NCBI GenBank assembly: GCA_949358305.1
Contig: OX442314.1
Location: 9,176,001 to 9,240,000 of the forward strand
Direction: 5' to 3'
Origin: Strigamia acuminata
Lineage: Eukaryota
DNA length: 64,000 nt
The notes below the pieces were generated by a model, which was not told the DNA's origin, ran no database searches, and worked only from the letters and a program-made list of their open reading frames with translations. Of the stretch, positions 26,510 through 38,683 are shown piece after piece; the stretch's first letter is position 1, and each line of letters opens with the position of its first letter. The translations under genes were made by a program, and so were the position numbers.

Positions 26510-27311
26510 TGTGCAATAAAAAAAAAAATTGGTAATTGCACCTGCACCTGTGTTTTATTTTCTCTGCGTATATTTTTCTTTTTACAATGCATGCAGAAAA
26601 ACAAGGGAGTTGTAATAAATAAAAAAAAAGCGGAGAAATTGGACACAGGTGATTTTTTCTTTCGGCTTCTGACATTAATGTTTGATGAATTAGTTGAAAC
26701 TATTGTGCACTGGATTCATTATTGATGAGTTTGTAGTAGTGCATTTGCTCACTAGACGACGCCCTCTTCGATTTGCACTGCAGGGGAGCCACCTGGAACG
26801 ATTAGAGCAGGGGTAGCGAGGCACAAGGGGTGGGTGTTGGTTTCCTGAGTTCCATTCTGTGAGTTTGAATGGACATGATTGCAAAGCGGAGGGCGGATGT
26901 TCACAAGACGCAACACAAGTTTGGCCAATTAGCCATTTTTGATGTCAATCATAAGTTTGGAATGTGAGGCGAGATGGAAATTCCGCTTGAGTTTCGACTT
27001 GATTGCCGAAGGAAGGAGGGTGGGGGGATTGGAGATGCAGGAAGTGTGATGGAAAAGGCAGAGGGGGTAATGCAAGTGGTCTAAAAAGTTGGGGTTTGGG
27101 TTTTTTGTTGTTTAATATGAGGAAATGTTTGCGAAAATGGTGGTGGGTAATTAGGAGAAACTGGGGAGGGAATACGCGGGGTGTTCTGTTCTGGAGTTGT
27201 CGGCGGAGACCGGTAGCTGGAGAGCATTTGCTTCTTTGGGGATGGATGCAGGGCCCGGGGACCATGTATGTTAGATCTAATGTTATGCCTTGTTTACACT
27301 TGAACCACTTA

Positions 27312-27532
27312 CCGTATATTTGTAAATAGCGCACCCGTGCGCAATTAGAAAAAAAATATTTTGACCCGCGCGCTATTTAAACCTAGCATCGGTAATTTTC
27401 TGCTGAAACGTATGCAAAACGTGTCATTTGTCATCCTTTTTTTGGCACATTTCGGGCCTCCAATTGTGTACCCGCGCGCAATTCGAGGTCTGCGGGCTAT
27501 TAGTGGCCCGCGTAGTAATCGATAATATACGA
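27312..27532. mobile_element. Degenerate TA-flanked CCGTA-type MITE
   Basis: ta|ccgtatatt ... aatatacga|ta. A related right end is at ~23320-23343 and a related segment at ~29480-29519. Confidence 0.55.
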
Positions 27533-27572
27533 TATGTAGAAGTTGTGACGCTTTTGGTATGAGCATTCAGTA

Positions 27573-27801
27573 GGTGTGTTCAATTTGAAATCGATAAACT
27601 GATTCTCTCGATTGCCTCGCAAAACGCATTTTTTAGAATTGGATTATTGCAAAATTAGGGGCGGGATTTGCAGAACTTGATTTCAGAACACGTAAGTCAT
27701 AACTGCGCGTGCGCAAGATTTACTCGAGTCGACTCGTTCAAAGTCGAAAAGTGAATCAAGTTTTTCTAATCGGTTTTTCACAATTTGAAATTGAACGCAC
27801 C
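27573..27801. mobile_element. Short MITE, superfamily uncertain (possibly PIF/Harbinger-like)
   Basis: TIR ggtgtgttcaattt / aaattgaacgcacc with one mismatch, flanked by TA on both sides. Confidence 0.6.
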
Positions 27802-30800
27802 TATAATGTCAGTCGCTTTAGCGCTTTCCTTGTTTTGTCAGTTTTCAAGGCAGGAAATGACGTTGTTTTGATGGAAAGTCTAGTCTAGACGAGCCATGAA
27901 AAGTGGCTAAGCAAGGAAGTCTGGTGTATAGTGAAATATTGAACGCATCTATTGTATTGCAGTCTGGACACCATCGAGTCTAAAGGAAACCGTCTGTTTT
28001 AGGCGGTGTTTAGTTGGGTCTAGCTAGCTTAGCTTCTCCCTATAGCTTGCACAATGGTTTGGGGGAAGATAAATGGGCAAATGTTTTGCATATGTTAAGG
28101 TTGTGGGATGATGTATTGACACCACGCAGAAACTGATGCAATCATAAATGTTACAACAGAGCTTCCATATTTTCCCCTATGGAAATGGTTGGCCAGAAGA
28201 TGGTTTTTGGTCACTTTCTTTTTGTTTGTTTGTTGGTTTGTGGGCACATGTGGGAAATGTGCACTTTCTCTATTATCACGCTTTTAATAATCTCGGATTT
28301 AAACTGCAACAATCTGTGTGTCAGTTTGGCTCGGTTTTGATATCAGATATCAGTTTAGTGTTTACAGTTATTACAGCAAACTCGAAACGAATAAATCTTA
28401 TCTCTATCACAACAAACACAGAAATGCTTTAAAAGTTATTAAAGTTTCATACAGGAGCACATGAAAGTTTGAACAAATTGAATCCACTCGAAGATGACAA
28501 ACATGGACAAAGTGGAAAGTTGGAGAATAAAAAAAATAAAAATAAAAATTATTTAGACAATAATAACTCATTACATGGGTCAATAAAAGAGAGTAATAAC
28601 AGTAATTCATTGGATAAGAATTTGCAAAGAGAGGTAGTAGAGGAGAAAAGTCATAAAAGTTGACATGTTGGCAAGTATAACAACAGATGCCCTTTTGTTA
28701 TTAGTGGCCTTTTAATGTATTTATTTATAAAAGAAGAGTCTCCATAAAAGCATTTCAAGTACTTAATTCTTGTGTAATGAGCTGTTAAGACTATAGCAGC
28801 TCATTTTTTCTTCTCTGCCTCTCATTTTTATGATTGCCACCTGGTGGAAAGCTCAACACTGCTGGATTGTGAAGCAACATAATAGCAGGAATTATTAGTC
28901 ACACTCTGATAAGATCAAAATGCATGGGCTGGGGTCAGCTGATAAAGTGAGCAGCACCCATCATGCACTGAGGTGTTTATTCTCATTAAACTGTATAGGG
29001 CCCAGTGATTCTCCAGGCATGGAGCCACCACTCAGGACCTGCTAATTGATGGCTAAGGTGCATTACATTAATCTAATCAACTTTTATGAGCCCACTTTTC
29101 TTGTTTCATTTACACTGAAAGTGTTTTCTTGTCCACTGCTAGAGAAGGGTCATTTTAACTTGATCAGGTGAAATTAGTTTGATATTTTAACTTGTTTGGC
29201 TTCGGTCCAACTCCGCTCGAGCGAATCTCCTAAAGTTGTCGAACGGAACGTCGGAAGTTTGCCGGGCCAAAAGTATAAGTAGCCGGAACAAGCGACATCT
29301 GTATTGGGTGACCACCTGTCTAAAAGCACGGTTTATCCAATTTGTAGCCGGTGGCCGATATTCGGTTGCCGATTATCGGTATCGGCGATACTGCAAAATA
29401 TCGATATCGGTCAAAGTCTAGTCTTACCCTGGTTTTTTTTTTACTGTATTTCTACGGAAGTCCCATTGGACTATGTATATTTTTTGCAAATATAGCACAC
29501 GGGTGCGCAATTAACGGTACAGTTGGCACTTGAATTCTCATGCTGAGGTGGTGCTGAGAAAGGCCAGACATTTGTATTGGCGGGAAATTCACTTAGGATG
29601 ATAAAAGGTTGGAGTTAATTGGAAATTGGATCACGTGGATGCGTGCAACTGTGGATGTGGGTCAGTGACATGAGAAAGTTGTCTTGACTCGTGGCTTGTT
29701 GAAGACGTGCTGAGTTCCATTAAATGTTATTGTGCAATAAAGAAAACACTGCAATATTAAAATGTAACCTGAAACTTTGACCTAGAAGCACTGACTGTGC
29801 TGGAGACTGCAGATTTGAATAAAGTGTGTGTGTTTTGCAATTATTTGATTTCTTCAACATTGTTTTGCATTGGTGTTTTGGAATTAGGATTCTAAATATA
29901 GGCAGTTTGTAAGTGCACAGTTTTAATGGGTGCAAGGGTCTTCTGATACAGGCAGAATTCCCAGGGAAGTTCCAAAGTTCTTCACCTCGGGTCAACTTTT
30001 GTTTACAAGATGAAGTTTCAATTCAAAACTTGTTGCCATACATGGAAAAAGCAACAATTTGAATCAATTTTTATTATCCCAAGAAACTAAACTATATATC
30101 AACTATACCTGGTAAACAGCTGCACGCACACTTTGGAGTATCAACGATGAATCAGCAACAATAAATAGAAATTCTCTGGTATAGAAAAAAATTAGTTAAA
30201 CGCATCACAGAGTCTGTTTACACTGTAGGGCATGTGTGAACAGAGCTGAAACAATTGATGTTGCGTCTGGTCAATCAGATGGTTTCAATTAAACCTGGAA
30301 TTGGATCTAGTTCTAGAAATAGTTCCAGAATCCGTAAATGGCGGCCTGTTTGCATGTGGCAAAGTCTCGCCAACCAAACGTGAATCGACGAGAGTTGGAG
30401 TCGATCTAGATTGAAGGCCGCAAGACCTTGCGTTGCGTCGCGTACCTCAACTTGGAGTCGAAGCAGGAATTGGCGTCAACGTCAAGAATTTTTGGACGCA
30501 AGCAGCTTGCGTTGCGTCAGTTTTCTTGCGTTGCGTCTAGTGTGGGCGCAAGTGTGAACCTATAGCTTTAAGACGAGCAAGTGTTCACGCTTGAACGACT
30601 TTTCTACAAACCCCACCCACTTTTAGAAAGTCTTGTGTTCACACTTGTTCCAGTTTTCTACAACTCAGAACGTTAAGCGAGATCTTGTACAACGAGGGAT
30701 ACATTCTGCAAGGTATAGACGGTGATAAAACGACAAAGTGCAAGATGACCTCTAGTGGACTGTAGGTGCTCGTACGTAGACGAGATTGGCGCAAAAGAGC

Positions 30801-31339
30801 TGTGACGAATTTGGCGCGAGGTCGGGAGAAATCGAAGAGAGTTATCGGTAGTTTTAGCTGGAACGATTCCCTCATTTACTGTACTTGGTTATAGCGTTGT
30901 AGGAGCTGACAGCTGGCGTGGAATCAAAGTGAGCTATAAATGCCAGCGTGCAATGGCTTTCCGATAATAGTTTGTCGTCTATGTTTGAGCTGGGGGCCGC
31001 CATTGCTCCGCCTATTGTCACCGCCGCCGAGTGGTGGTTGGTGGCATTTGCAGTCAGTGATCGGAGCGTCTTTTATAGTTCATAAAGCGCAGTGGCCAGT
31101 TTCGTTCATGAAATTTGCTCATAAAACATGGCACTAAATTTTCTTTTACGACTCGCTGTGGCTCCGAACATGTGTAAAAATAATTGTTTATACAAAGTGA
31201 CCTCTGGAGTCAAAAGACGAAAAACTGAGTATTAAATGATAGCTCACTTCCTATTATTAGGAGTTTTTCAACAAATTGCAATGTAATAATAAGAATAAAC
31301 AGAGAAAATTTATTACTTCCAAATATTGCCAAGAGGGGA

Positions 31340-31765
31340 TGTAAATGTTGGAATTTAATACCTGATTTGGCCACTAGGATGAAAATATTGGAATTTAATA
31401 CCTCTTTTGGCCACTAGGATGTAAATATTGTTATTAAATACTTGATTTGGCAACTAGGGAATTATCTATTGGTATTTAATACCTGATTTGGCCACTAGGT
31501 TGTCAATATTAGTGTTTAATACCTGCTTTAGCCACTAGGTTGAAAATATTGGAATTTAATACCTGATTTGGCCACTAGGAATCAACTTTATTGAATTTTT
31601 GACATTTTTGGATCCATCTGGTGACAAAATATTCCAAAATTTTATTATTTTGTATAAAATGGCTGATTTTGATTTCATTTGGATCCATCTGGTGAGAAAA
31701 TATCCCAAAATTTTATTATTTTGTATAAAATGGCTGATTTTGATTAAATTGGAGTCGCCTGGTGG
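31340..31765. repeat. ~40-bp minisatellite followed by a ~71-bp direct duplication
   Basis: taatacctgatttggccactagg occurs about 6 times; ggatccatctggtga..aaaatat occurs twice. Confidence 0.85.
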
Positions 31766-33239
31766 CAATTTTTTTTTTTTTTTTGGAAAGTTTTTTTTTA
31801 TTTTACTTTGATTTTATTTTGTTGACCGTTAGGTTTTGGGAGAAGCGTGACCAAAGGTCAACCCATAGGGGGCGGTGGAGGGAGAGGGTGGTCGATGTCG
31901 CCATGGCACTTGTAAACACTCGAGCAATTTCCGGTAGGACGTTTTATTAGCTCAACTAATAAAACATTTTATTGGAATCTTGATCTAACCCTTTTGATGA
32001 ATATGCAAATAAGATCGACAAGAACAATTACAAAAGCGAATCGGGGCCTTCGAGGAAATTTGACGAGTCGACATACTTGAACCTTAATTTGATGCCCGAT
32101 TCCTGGAACTCGAGTCACCATAAATCCACCAAATCTCCCCCACCACCCACCCTTCCACCCCTCGTGACGAAATTCAGTGACCAAACACGATTTGCAAATT
32201 TTTTCAAAACAGACGGTAATTGCATTTTTCCAGGCGGAGCACGCTCCACTTGGTGCGGCATGCGCGCCGCATTATTCCCGTGAAACGTCGAATTTTTATA
32301 TTTTCTAAAAACCGACGGTAAATTGAATTTTCCCAGGCGGCGCACGGTCGCTGTGGTGCGGCATCCGAGCGGACGAATCCCCGTCGACTCGAAATTTATG
32401 AAAATAGAATTAAATTAGATTTTTCTTTTTATTTATTTTTTAAACAACACAAACCTCAGGCGTCTGTGGGTCCAGTCAGGCTCATTTACTGCACTTAGAC
32501 CTGTAATTGGTGGTTGGGTCCACGAGTGAGTGGTGGCCTGTGGGGATCTCTCCAATGACGTAATTAAAATATTACCAACCCATAGGAAACCACCAGCCGA
32601 CACACCCCTTAAACTCTTAGTCCAAGGCCAACGACGCTTTTACAAACCACTTTTCCGAGTTTAGAAAAAAAAATGGCGGATCCGCCATTTTTTTTTTTTT
32701 TAATAAAAAATAATTTTTTATCTTTTTTTTTTTTTGGTTAAAGTTTGATGAAATTTGTGGTTTTTTTTTTAGTGGGTTCGTTATAACGAGGTTTTTGTGA
32801 TTTTCGTGCAACAAAATGTCGTTTTATTTTTTTTCCGCAGTTGATCCATCATGGAGGTGAAAGAAGGGTGTTTTGGGGCAAGTTGAGGTGTCTTGCCTGG
32901 GGCAGGGGTGGAGCTGAGTGCCCAGATGCCTCGCAGCTGTGGCTGGACCAAAGTTTATTGCTATGAAAACAAAAGAAATTGATAAATGAAGGTGATGGGG
33001 TCAGTGAGTCGTGACGTCATTTGAACTGATATATTTCGTCTTGATTGTGTGGTGGGTAAAGGTGGTGTGTAAAGAGGTCGACGATTTATGGAAGATATTG
33101 TAAATGAATTTAAAACGGAGGTTTTTGGGGTGCGTTTTTTTTTGTGTGGTTTTTTTGTGGGTTTGCTGTGGTTTGTGGAGAGATAAAAATAGGCTGCAGT
33201 CGAAGTAATCGTTTTAATGGTGTTTTGGGTTTTTTAAAT

Positions 33240-34330
33240 TATTATTTTTTGTGTTTTAAGAGTGTTTTGGGTTGTTTTAAGAGTGTTTTTGGATGTTTAG
33301 AGGATTTTTGTGGTTGTTTTAAGAGTTTTGTTAGTTGTTTTAAGAGTTTTGTTGGCTGTTTTAAGAGTTTTTTGGTTGTTTTAAGTGTTTTAAGAGTGTT
33401 TCTGGTTGTTTTAAGGATTTTAAAGGTCATGGGAAGAGAAAAATAAAAATTGAGGAGAAGATTGTTTGTGTCATTATTAGACCAAATCCATTGTTGAAAC
33501 GTGTTCAATTGTTTCGAGAGTGTTATATCGTTTGTTTAAACGTTTGAAAATTCTCAAATGTCCTCCATTTTTAGTTTTCGAAAGTTTCCAAAAGTTGCCG
33601 TTGGTGGCGCTATTTATGACGTCATCGGCGACAAACAAGCAGCTTTTTAGCATGGGCTTGGCTTCATTTAAGAGCTACGAAATTTTTTTTCTAAATTTGA
33701 CAACACTGTTAGGTTATTGGGATTTTAATATTCAGTAAATATTCCAATTTGCTATTTGTTGCAAGTGTATAGGTTCAAAAGAACTAATACTAAATTTTCG
33801 TAGCTCTTAAATGAAGCCAAGCCCATGCTAAAAAGCTGCTTGTTTGTCGCCGATGACGTCATAAATAGCGCCACCAACGGCAACTTTTGGAAACTTTCGA
33901 AAACTAAAAATGGAGGACATTTGAGAATTTTCAAACGTTTAAACGAACGATATAACACTCTCGAAACAATTGAACACGTTTCAACAATGGATTTGGTCTA
34001 ATAATGACACAAACAATCTTCTCCTCAATTTTTATTTTTCTCTTCCCATGACCTTTAAGGTTACTTTTTGGTCGTTTTAAGGGTTTTAAGGTTACTTTTT
34101 GGTTGTTTTAAGGATTTTAGGATTAGTTTGTGGTTGTTTTAAGAGTGTTGTTGATTGTTTTAAGAGTGTTTGAAGAGTATTTTTGGTTGTTTTAAGAGTG
34201 TTTTTGGTTGTTTTAAGAGTGTTTTTGGTTGTTTTGAGTGTTTTAAGAGTGTTTCTGGTTGTTTTAAGGGTTTTAGGATTAGTTTGTGGTTGTTTTATGT
34301 GTTTTAAGAGTGTTGTTTTAACTGTCATAG
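33240..34330. repeat. ~21-bp minisatellite (ggttgttttaagagtgttttt) interrupted by a foldback element
   Basis: The same array lies on both sides of 33424-34054. Confidence 0.85.
33424..34054. mobile_element. Foldback MITE with ~260-bp TIRs and TTAA TSD (Kolobok-like)
   Basis: Arms 33420-33682 and 33796-34058 (including TTAA) are reverse complements with one mismatch that I could see; 113-bp spacer; TTAA|AGG...CCT|TTAA termini. Confidence 0.85.
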
Positions 34331-35154
34331 TGTTTTTGTTAGTTTTAAAAGACTATCTAATACAGTTGTGTTTGTTTTCTTAGGTACTTCATTGTTTGTG
34401 TTTTGCTGTGTTTCAAATACAAACACAAGCAGAAATAACAAAAACAAAAAACAATCTTCAGAAACACTTAAAACACAAGACTTTGTCAATTTATCCCACC
34501 TCGTTTTAACCAAAAAAAAACAAAAACACAACAAAAAAAAACAGAAAACATCAATCCAAACAACGAAAACATATTTTTTTGGTTTATTTCCGTTTTAACC
34601 ACAACAGAGACCGCATCCTCCGCCTCCCCATCCCCAAGTGTGCAATTAAAACGGGTTTCCTTGAAAATAAGCCTAAATGTGCCAGTTGGGCTCAATTGGT
34701 GCATTACACGAGCAGAAGCTGAGTTTGGACATGCCCACACTTGGCTCGCCTCCCTCAAATCTTCCACCTGCATCCCACTGGTCCCTCCCCACCCCCAAAC
34801 TCGTGAGTCACCCACACACAACAATGAGGGGGGGTTCATGGGAAATTGGGAACAGCCTAACTGGTCTATTATGAAGAGACTAAGAAAGAGGGTGGGGTGG
34901 CGAGTCGTGGGGGTTGACACTCGAAATGTAGTGCTACCCCCACCTTTTTGGTTTTTACCCCCTACTCACTTTTCCCAGGCTCCTTCAGTTTGCAGGTGCC
35001 ATCTGTTTGGTTTATCAGTTGTTTGACGTGTTTATGAGGGTATAAACAGGGGAGGGTTGTGACGTCATATATTGTCGTCATTTTGTGGGGGTTTAGGTTG
35101 TTTGGGTTTGGGATTTTGGGTTGACGTGTGATTGCCGGTTTAATACCCGGAGAT

Positions 35155-35960
35155 TTAATTAAAACGGAACGGAAAGTTAAAACGAAACGGAAAAATGATT
35201 AAAATGGAACGGAAAAATAATTAAAATGGAACAGAAAATTGATTAAAACGGAACGGAAAATTAATTAAAATGGAACGGAAAAATAATTAAAGTGGAACAG
35301 AAAATTGATTAAAACGGAACGGAAAATTAATTAAAACGGACGGAACATTAAAACGAAACGGAAAATTAATTAAATTGGAGAAGCAAATTAATTAAAACTG
35401 AACGGAAAATTAAAAAAAACGGAAATTTAATTTCAACGGAACGGAAAATTAAAACGAAACGGAAAAATAATTAAAATGGAACGGAAAATAAATTAAAATG
35501 GAACAGAAAATTGATTAAAACGAAACGGAAAATTAATTAAATTGGAGAGGAAAATTAATTAAAACGGAACGGAAAATTAAAAAAACGGAAAATTAATTTA
35601 AACGCAACGGAAAGTAAAACAAAACGGAAAATTAAAAAAAAAAACGGAAAATTAATTTAAACGGAACGGAAAAATAAAACGAAACGGAAAGTAAAACAAA
35701 ACGGAAAATTAAAATAAAACGGAAAATTAAAATTAGACGGAAAATTAAAATTTAACGGAAAATTAAAATAAAACGGAAAATTAAAATAAAACGGAAAATT
35801 AAAACGAACGGAAAATTAAAACGAACGGAACAGAAAGATTAAAACGAAACGGAAAATTAAAACGAAATGGAGAATTAAAACGAAATTCAAACGGAATTTA
35901 AAACAAAATCAACTTAAAACGAAATCAACTTAAAAACAAATTTAAAACGAAACAAACTCA
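35155..35960. repeat. ~16-21-bp minisatellite (aattaaaacggaacggaaa)
   Basis: Tandem degenerate copies. Confidence 0.92.
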
Positions 35961-37179
35961 AAACGTGTTTCCAAATTTTAATACGGAGTAATTTTTTTAA
36001 ACAGATTTCAAAAAAAAAAATAAACCAAAGAAAAAATTAAAGATTATTATTTGCTTAATAACCGTCATTTAAAACAAAACTGCCATCACTCATTAGCCAA
36101 AAACCATTTAATAAACATCAGCGCTGTAAACCGAACCCGTTCACGACGTCACCGGCTCACCGCCCGCGTGCAGCGATGCGCGAATTGATAAACCGACGAT
36201 AAAAATCGCGAGACGAATGACCGCAGGTGAGACGAGCGAGACAACAGGTGCAAGAAGACATTTTTCACAGTAAAACATGTAATTGCTTCACCCCTTTACG
36301 GCCATTAGTCTAATTAATAAAATTGCCCGTCAATTCGTTTGCTTTCTTTGCACAACTTTTGCCACTTTCCGCCGCTTGGAAATTGTTTTGCACACGCGAC
36401 TGGACTCGACAACTCTAATAAAAGGATTAGCAAGTGGAATATGTACAATTTGAAGGCTGTCGAGCGGTGATAAATGGCTGCGCGTTGCCATTTCGGGCGT
36501 TCCAAATCTCTTTTGTGATTTGGAAGATTTGCCGATTTGGAAAATTTGCAATTAATTTTTAATTTTTTTTTTGGATTTTGCCACCAGTTGGAGCTGTTTT
36601 GAGTGTTTTGAGTGATTGTTGGGGTTTTTGTTTTGGTTTGTTGAGTTTTTTGGAATTTTTGAGTGATGTTGTTATAGCGAGGGTTTTGTTTGTTTGGGGT
36701 TTGCGTGGATGGAGAATGGATTGTTTGAGGGAGGTACGAGTTGAGTGTTGGATGTGCGATGACGTAATTTGTTGTGGTGCTTTGAAAGGAGGAAATCCGC
36801 AGGGAAACGGAAGCATCGGATGTTGAAAATGAGTTTTGTAGCGTTTTAACACCTGTGGGTTGGTTGTTTGCATGGATTTGTCATTTTTTTAACTTTTTTT
36901 AATTTTTTTTTATTATTTAAATTTTTTTTAAACTTTTTTTTTTTTTTTAAATTTTTTAAAAATTTTTTTTTTATTTAAATTTTTTTTTTTTTGTTTTGGA
37001 TTGGTGTTTGTTGGAATAAATTAGTGTCAATCATTGTCATTTTAAAGGAAGAAAAAAGAAAAAGTTAGATGGTTTAATTGATTAATTGGATGATTTGCAA
37101 TTAGTAAATCTTGATTTTATAAAAATAGTGCAATTTGATGCAAATGAGATTTTTCTGGAGGGTAATATATTTTTTATAT

Positions 37180-37740
37180 GTAAAAATTGTACATTTTCAT
37201 GTAAAAAATGTACATTTTCATGTAAAAAATGTACATTTCCATGCAAAAAATGTATATTTCCATGCAAAAATAATAAATTTCCATGCAAAAATAATAAATT
37301 TCCATGCAAAAATAATAAATTTCCATGCAAAATAATAAATTTTAATGCCAAATGATAAATTTCCATGCAAATTAATCAATTTCCATGCAAAAATGATAAA
37401 TTTATTTGCAAAACTAATACGTTTCAATGTAAAAATATAAATTTCCATGTAAAATGGTCAATTCCCATGCAAAAATAATGAATCTTCCATGCAAAATAAT
37501 AAATTTTCTTGCAAAATAATAAATTTTTATGCAAAATAATAAATTTCCATGCAAAAATGATAAATTTATTTGCAAAACTAATACGTTTCAATGTAAAAAT
37601 ATAAATTTTCATGCAAAATAATAAATTTCCATGTAAAATGATAAATTCTCATGCACAAATGATAAATTCCCATGCAAAAATTAAAATTCCCCATGCAAAA
37701 TTCATAATTCTCCATGCAAAACTCACAATCTTCCACGCAA
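37180..37740. repeat. ~21-bp minisatellite (ttccatgcaaaaataataaat)
   Basis: Tandem copies. Confidence 0.92.
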
Positions 37741-38639
37741 TGATGATTTGCAATTCCCAACCAAAACACTCAACTCCCAACGAATCCACAAACCCGTAAA
37801 AACACAACCTCGTTACAACGAACCCCAAAAACAAAAAACTCCCAAACAAACCACCCAACAAAAATCCCTAATAAACCCCAAACCCACCCCTCCATCTCCA
37901 CTTTCCACCCCCTCCCCTCGTCCCCAGGTGACCATCGCCTTCTACCAGAACGGGCAAACAGTTTAAACCACCAGGGGGCGTTCCACCACCCAAAACCCCT
38001 CACCCCCAAACCCCCTCCAACTCTCACCACCTGCAAACCAGACAAACCAGACCCAAGGTTAAAACAACACCGAATTTTAATTTCCCCCTCCTCCTTGCCC
38101 CCCTTGCCCCCCCCCCCCCCCACTCCGTCCCTCGAAAAAAAAATTCATTTGTTTTGATTCAATTTCGTGGCAACGACCTTATTATTATTAACAACCTTCT
38201 CCTTCCCCTTTTGCCGTCTCGTGGACCCAGGTGGCGCTTGCCCAGGGGCCTCGAGCTGACCCCTTCCATCTCTCGGACAATCGCTGCATTGTTTTTGCAG
38301 GTGGATCACGTGCTGTGACGTCAGCAACGTGCAAGAGGGGAGTAAGTGAACTTGTATTTCTTATTTTTATTTATTTTGTTTATTTTGTTTTTTTTTCTTC
38401 TACTGGAACGCTTGCAACGCTTGCAACGCTCCACTACTACTCGTAAACAGCTGACTGCGTTCAAGGTCGTGACAAGTATAAATCAGGGGCGTCTGGGTCG
38501 GCGAGGTGCGCGCGCGCGCCACCGGGGCCACGAGTTTGTTGGCAGAGTGCCAGTTTTGAGGAGGATCCCGTTGGTTGGAGAAGTTTTGCAACTTGTAATT
38601 GGGTGGTGGTTGGTGTTGCCATGGCGACGGAGTGGCGAA

Positions 38640-38683
<44 letters not shown>

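Noticed and set aside
28455..28663. Hydrophilic 64-aa ORF after a possible acceptor, as an alternative exon of the BH3-only gene
   Set aside because: The open frame needs a phase-1 donor while the main exon-2 donor is phase 0. The pyrimidine tract is weak and the sequence is low-complexity A-rich. It cannot be excluded without RNA data.
32841..32966. Strong acceptor (ttttccgcag) followed by a 41-codon phase-0 frame
   Set aside because: Could be an alternative last exon, but it has no recognisable motif or other support. The 46903 exon is favoured because it repeats the RxRxWSL motif.
33520..33958. Pair of near-identical ORFs on opposite strands
   Set aside because: A by-product of the foldback element's inverted arms.
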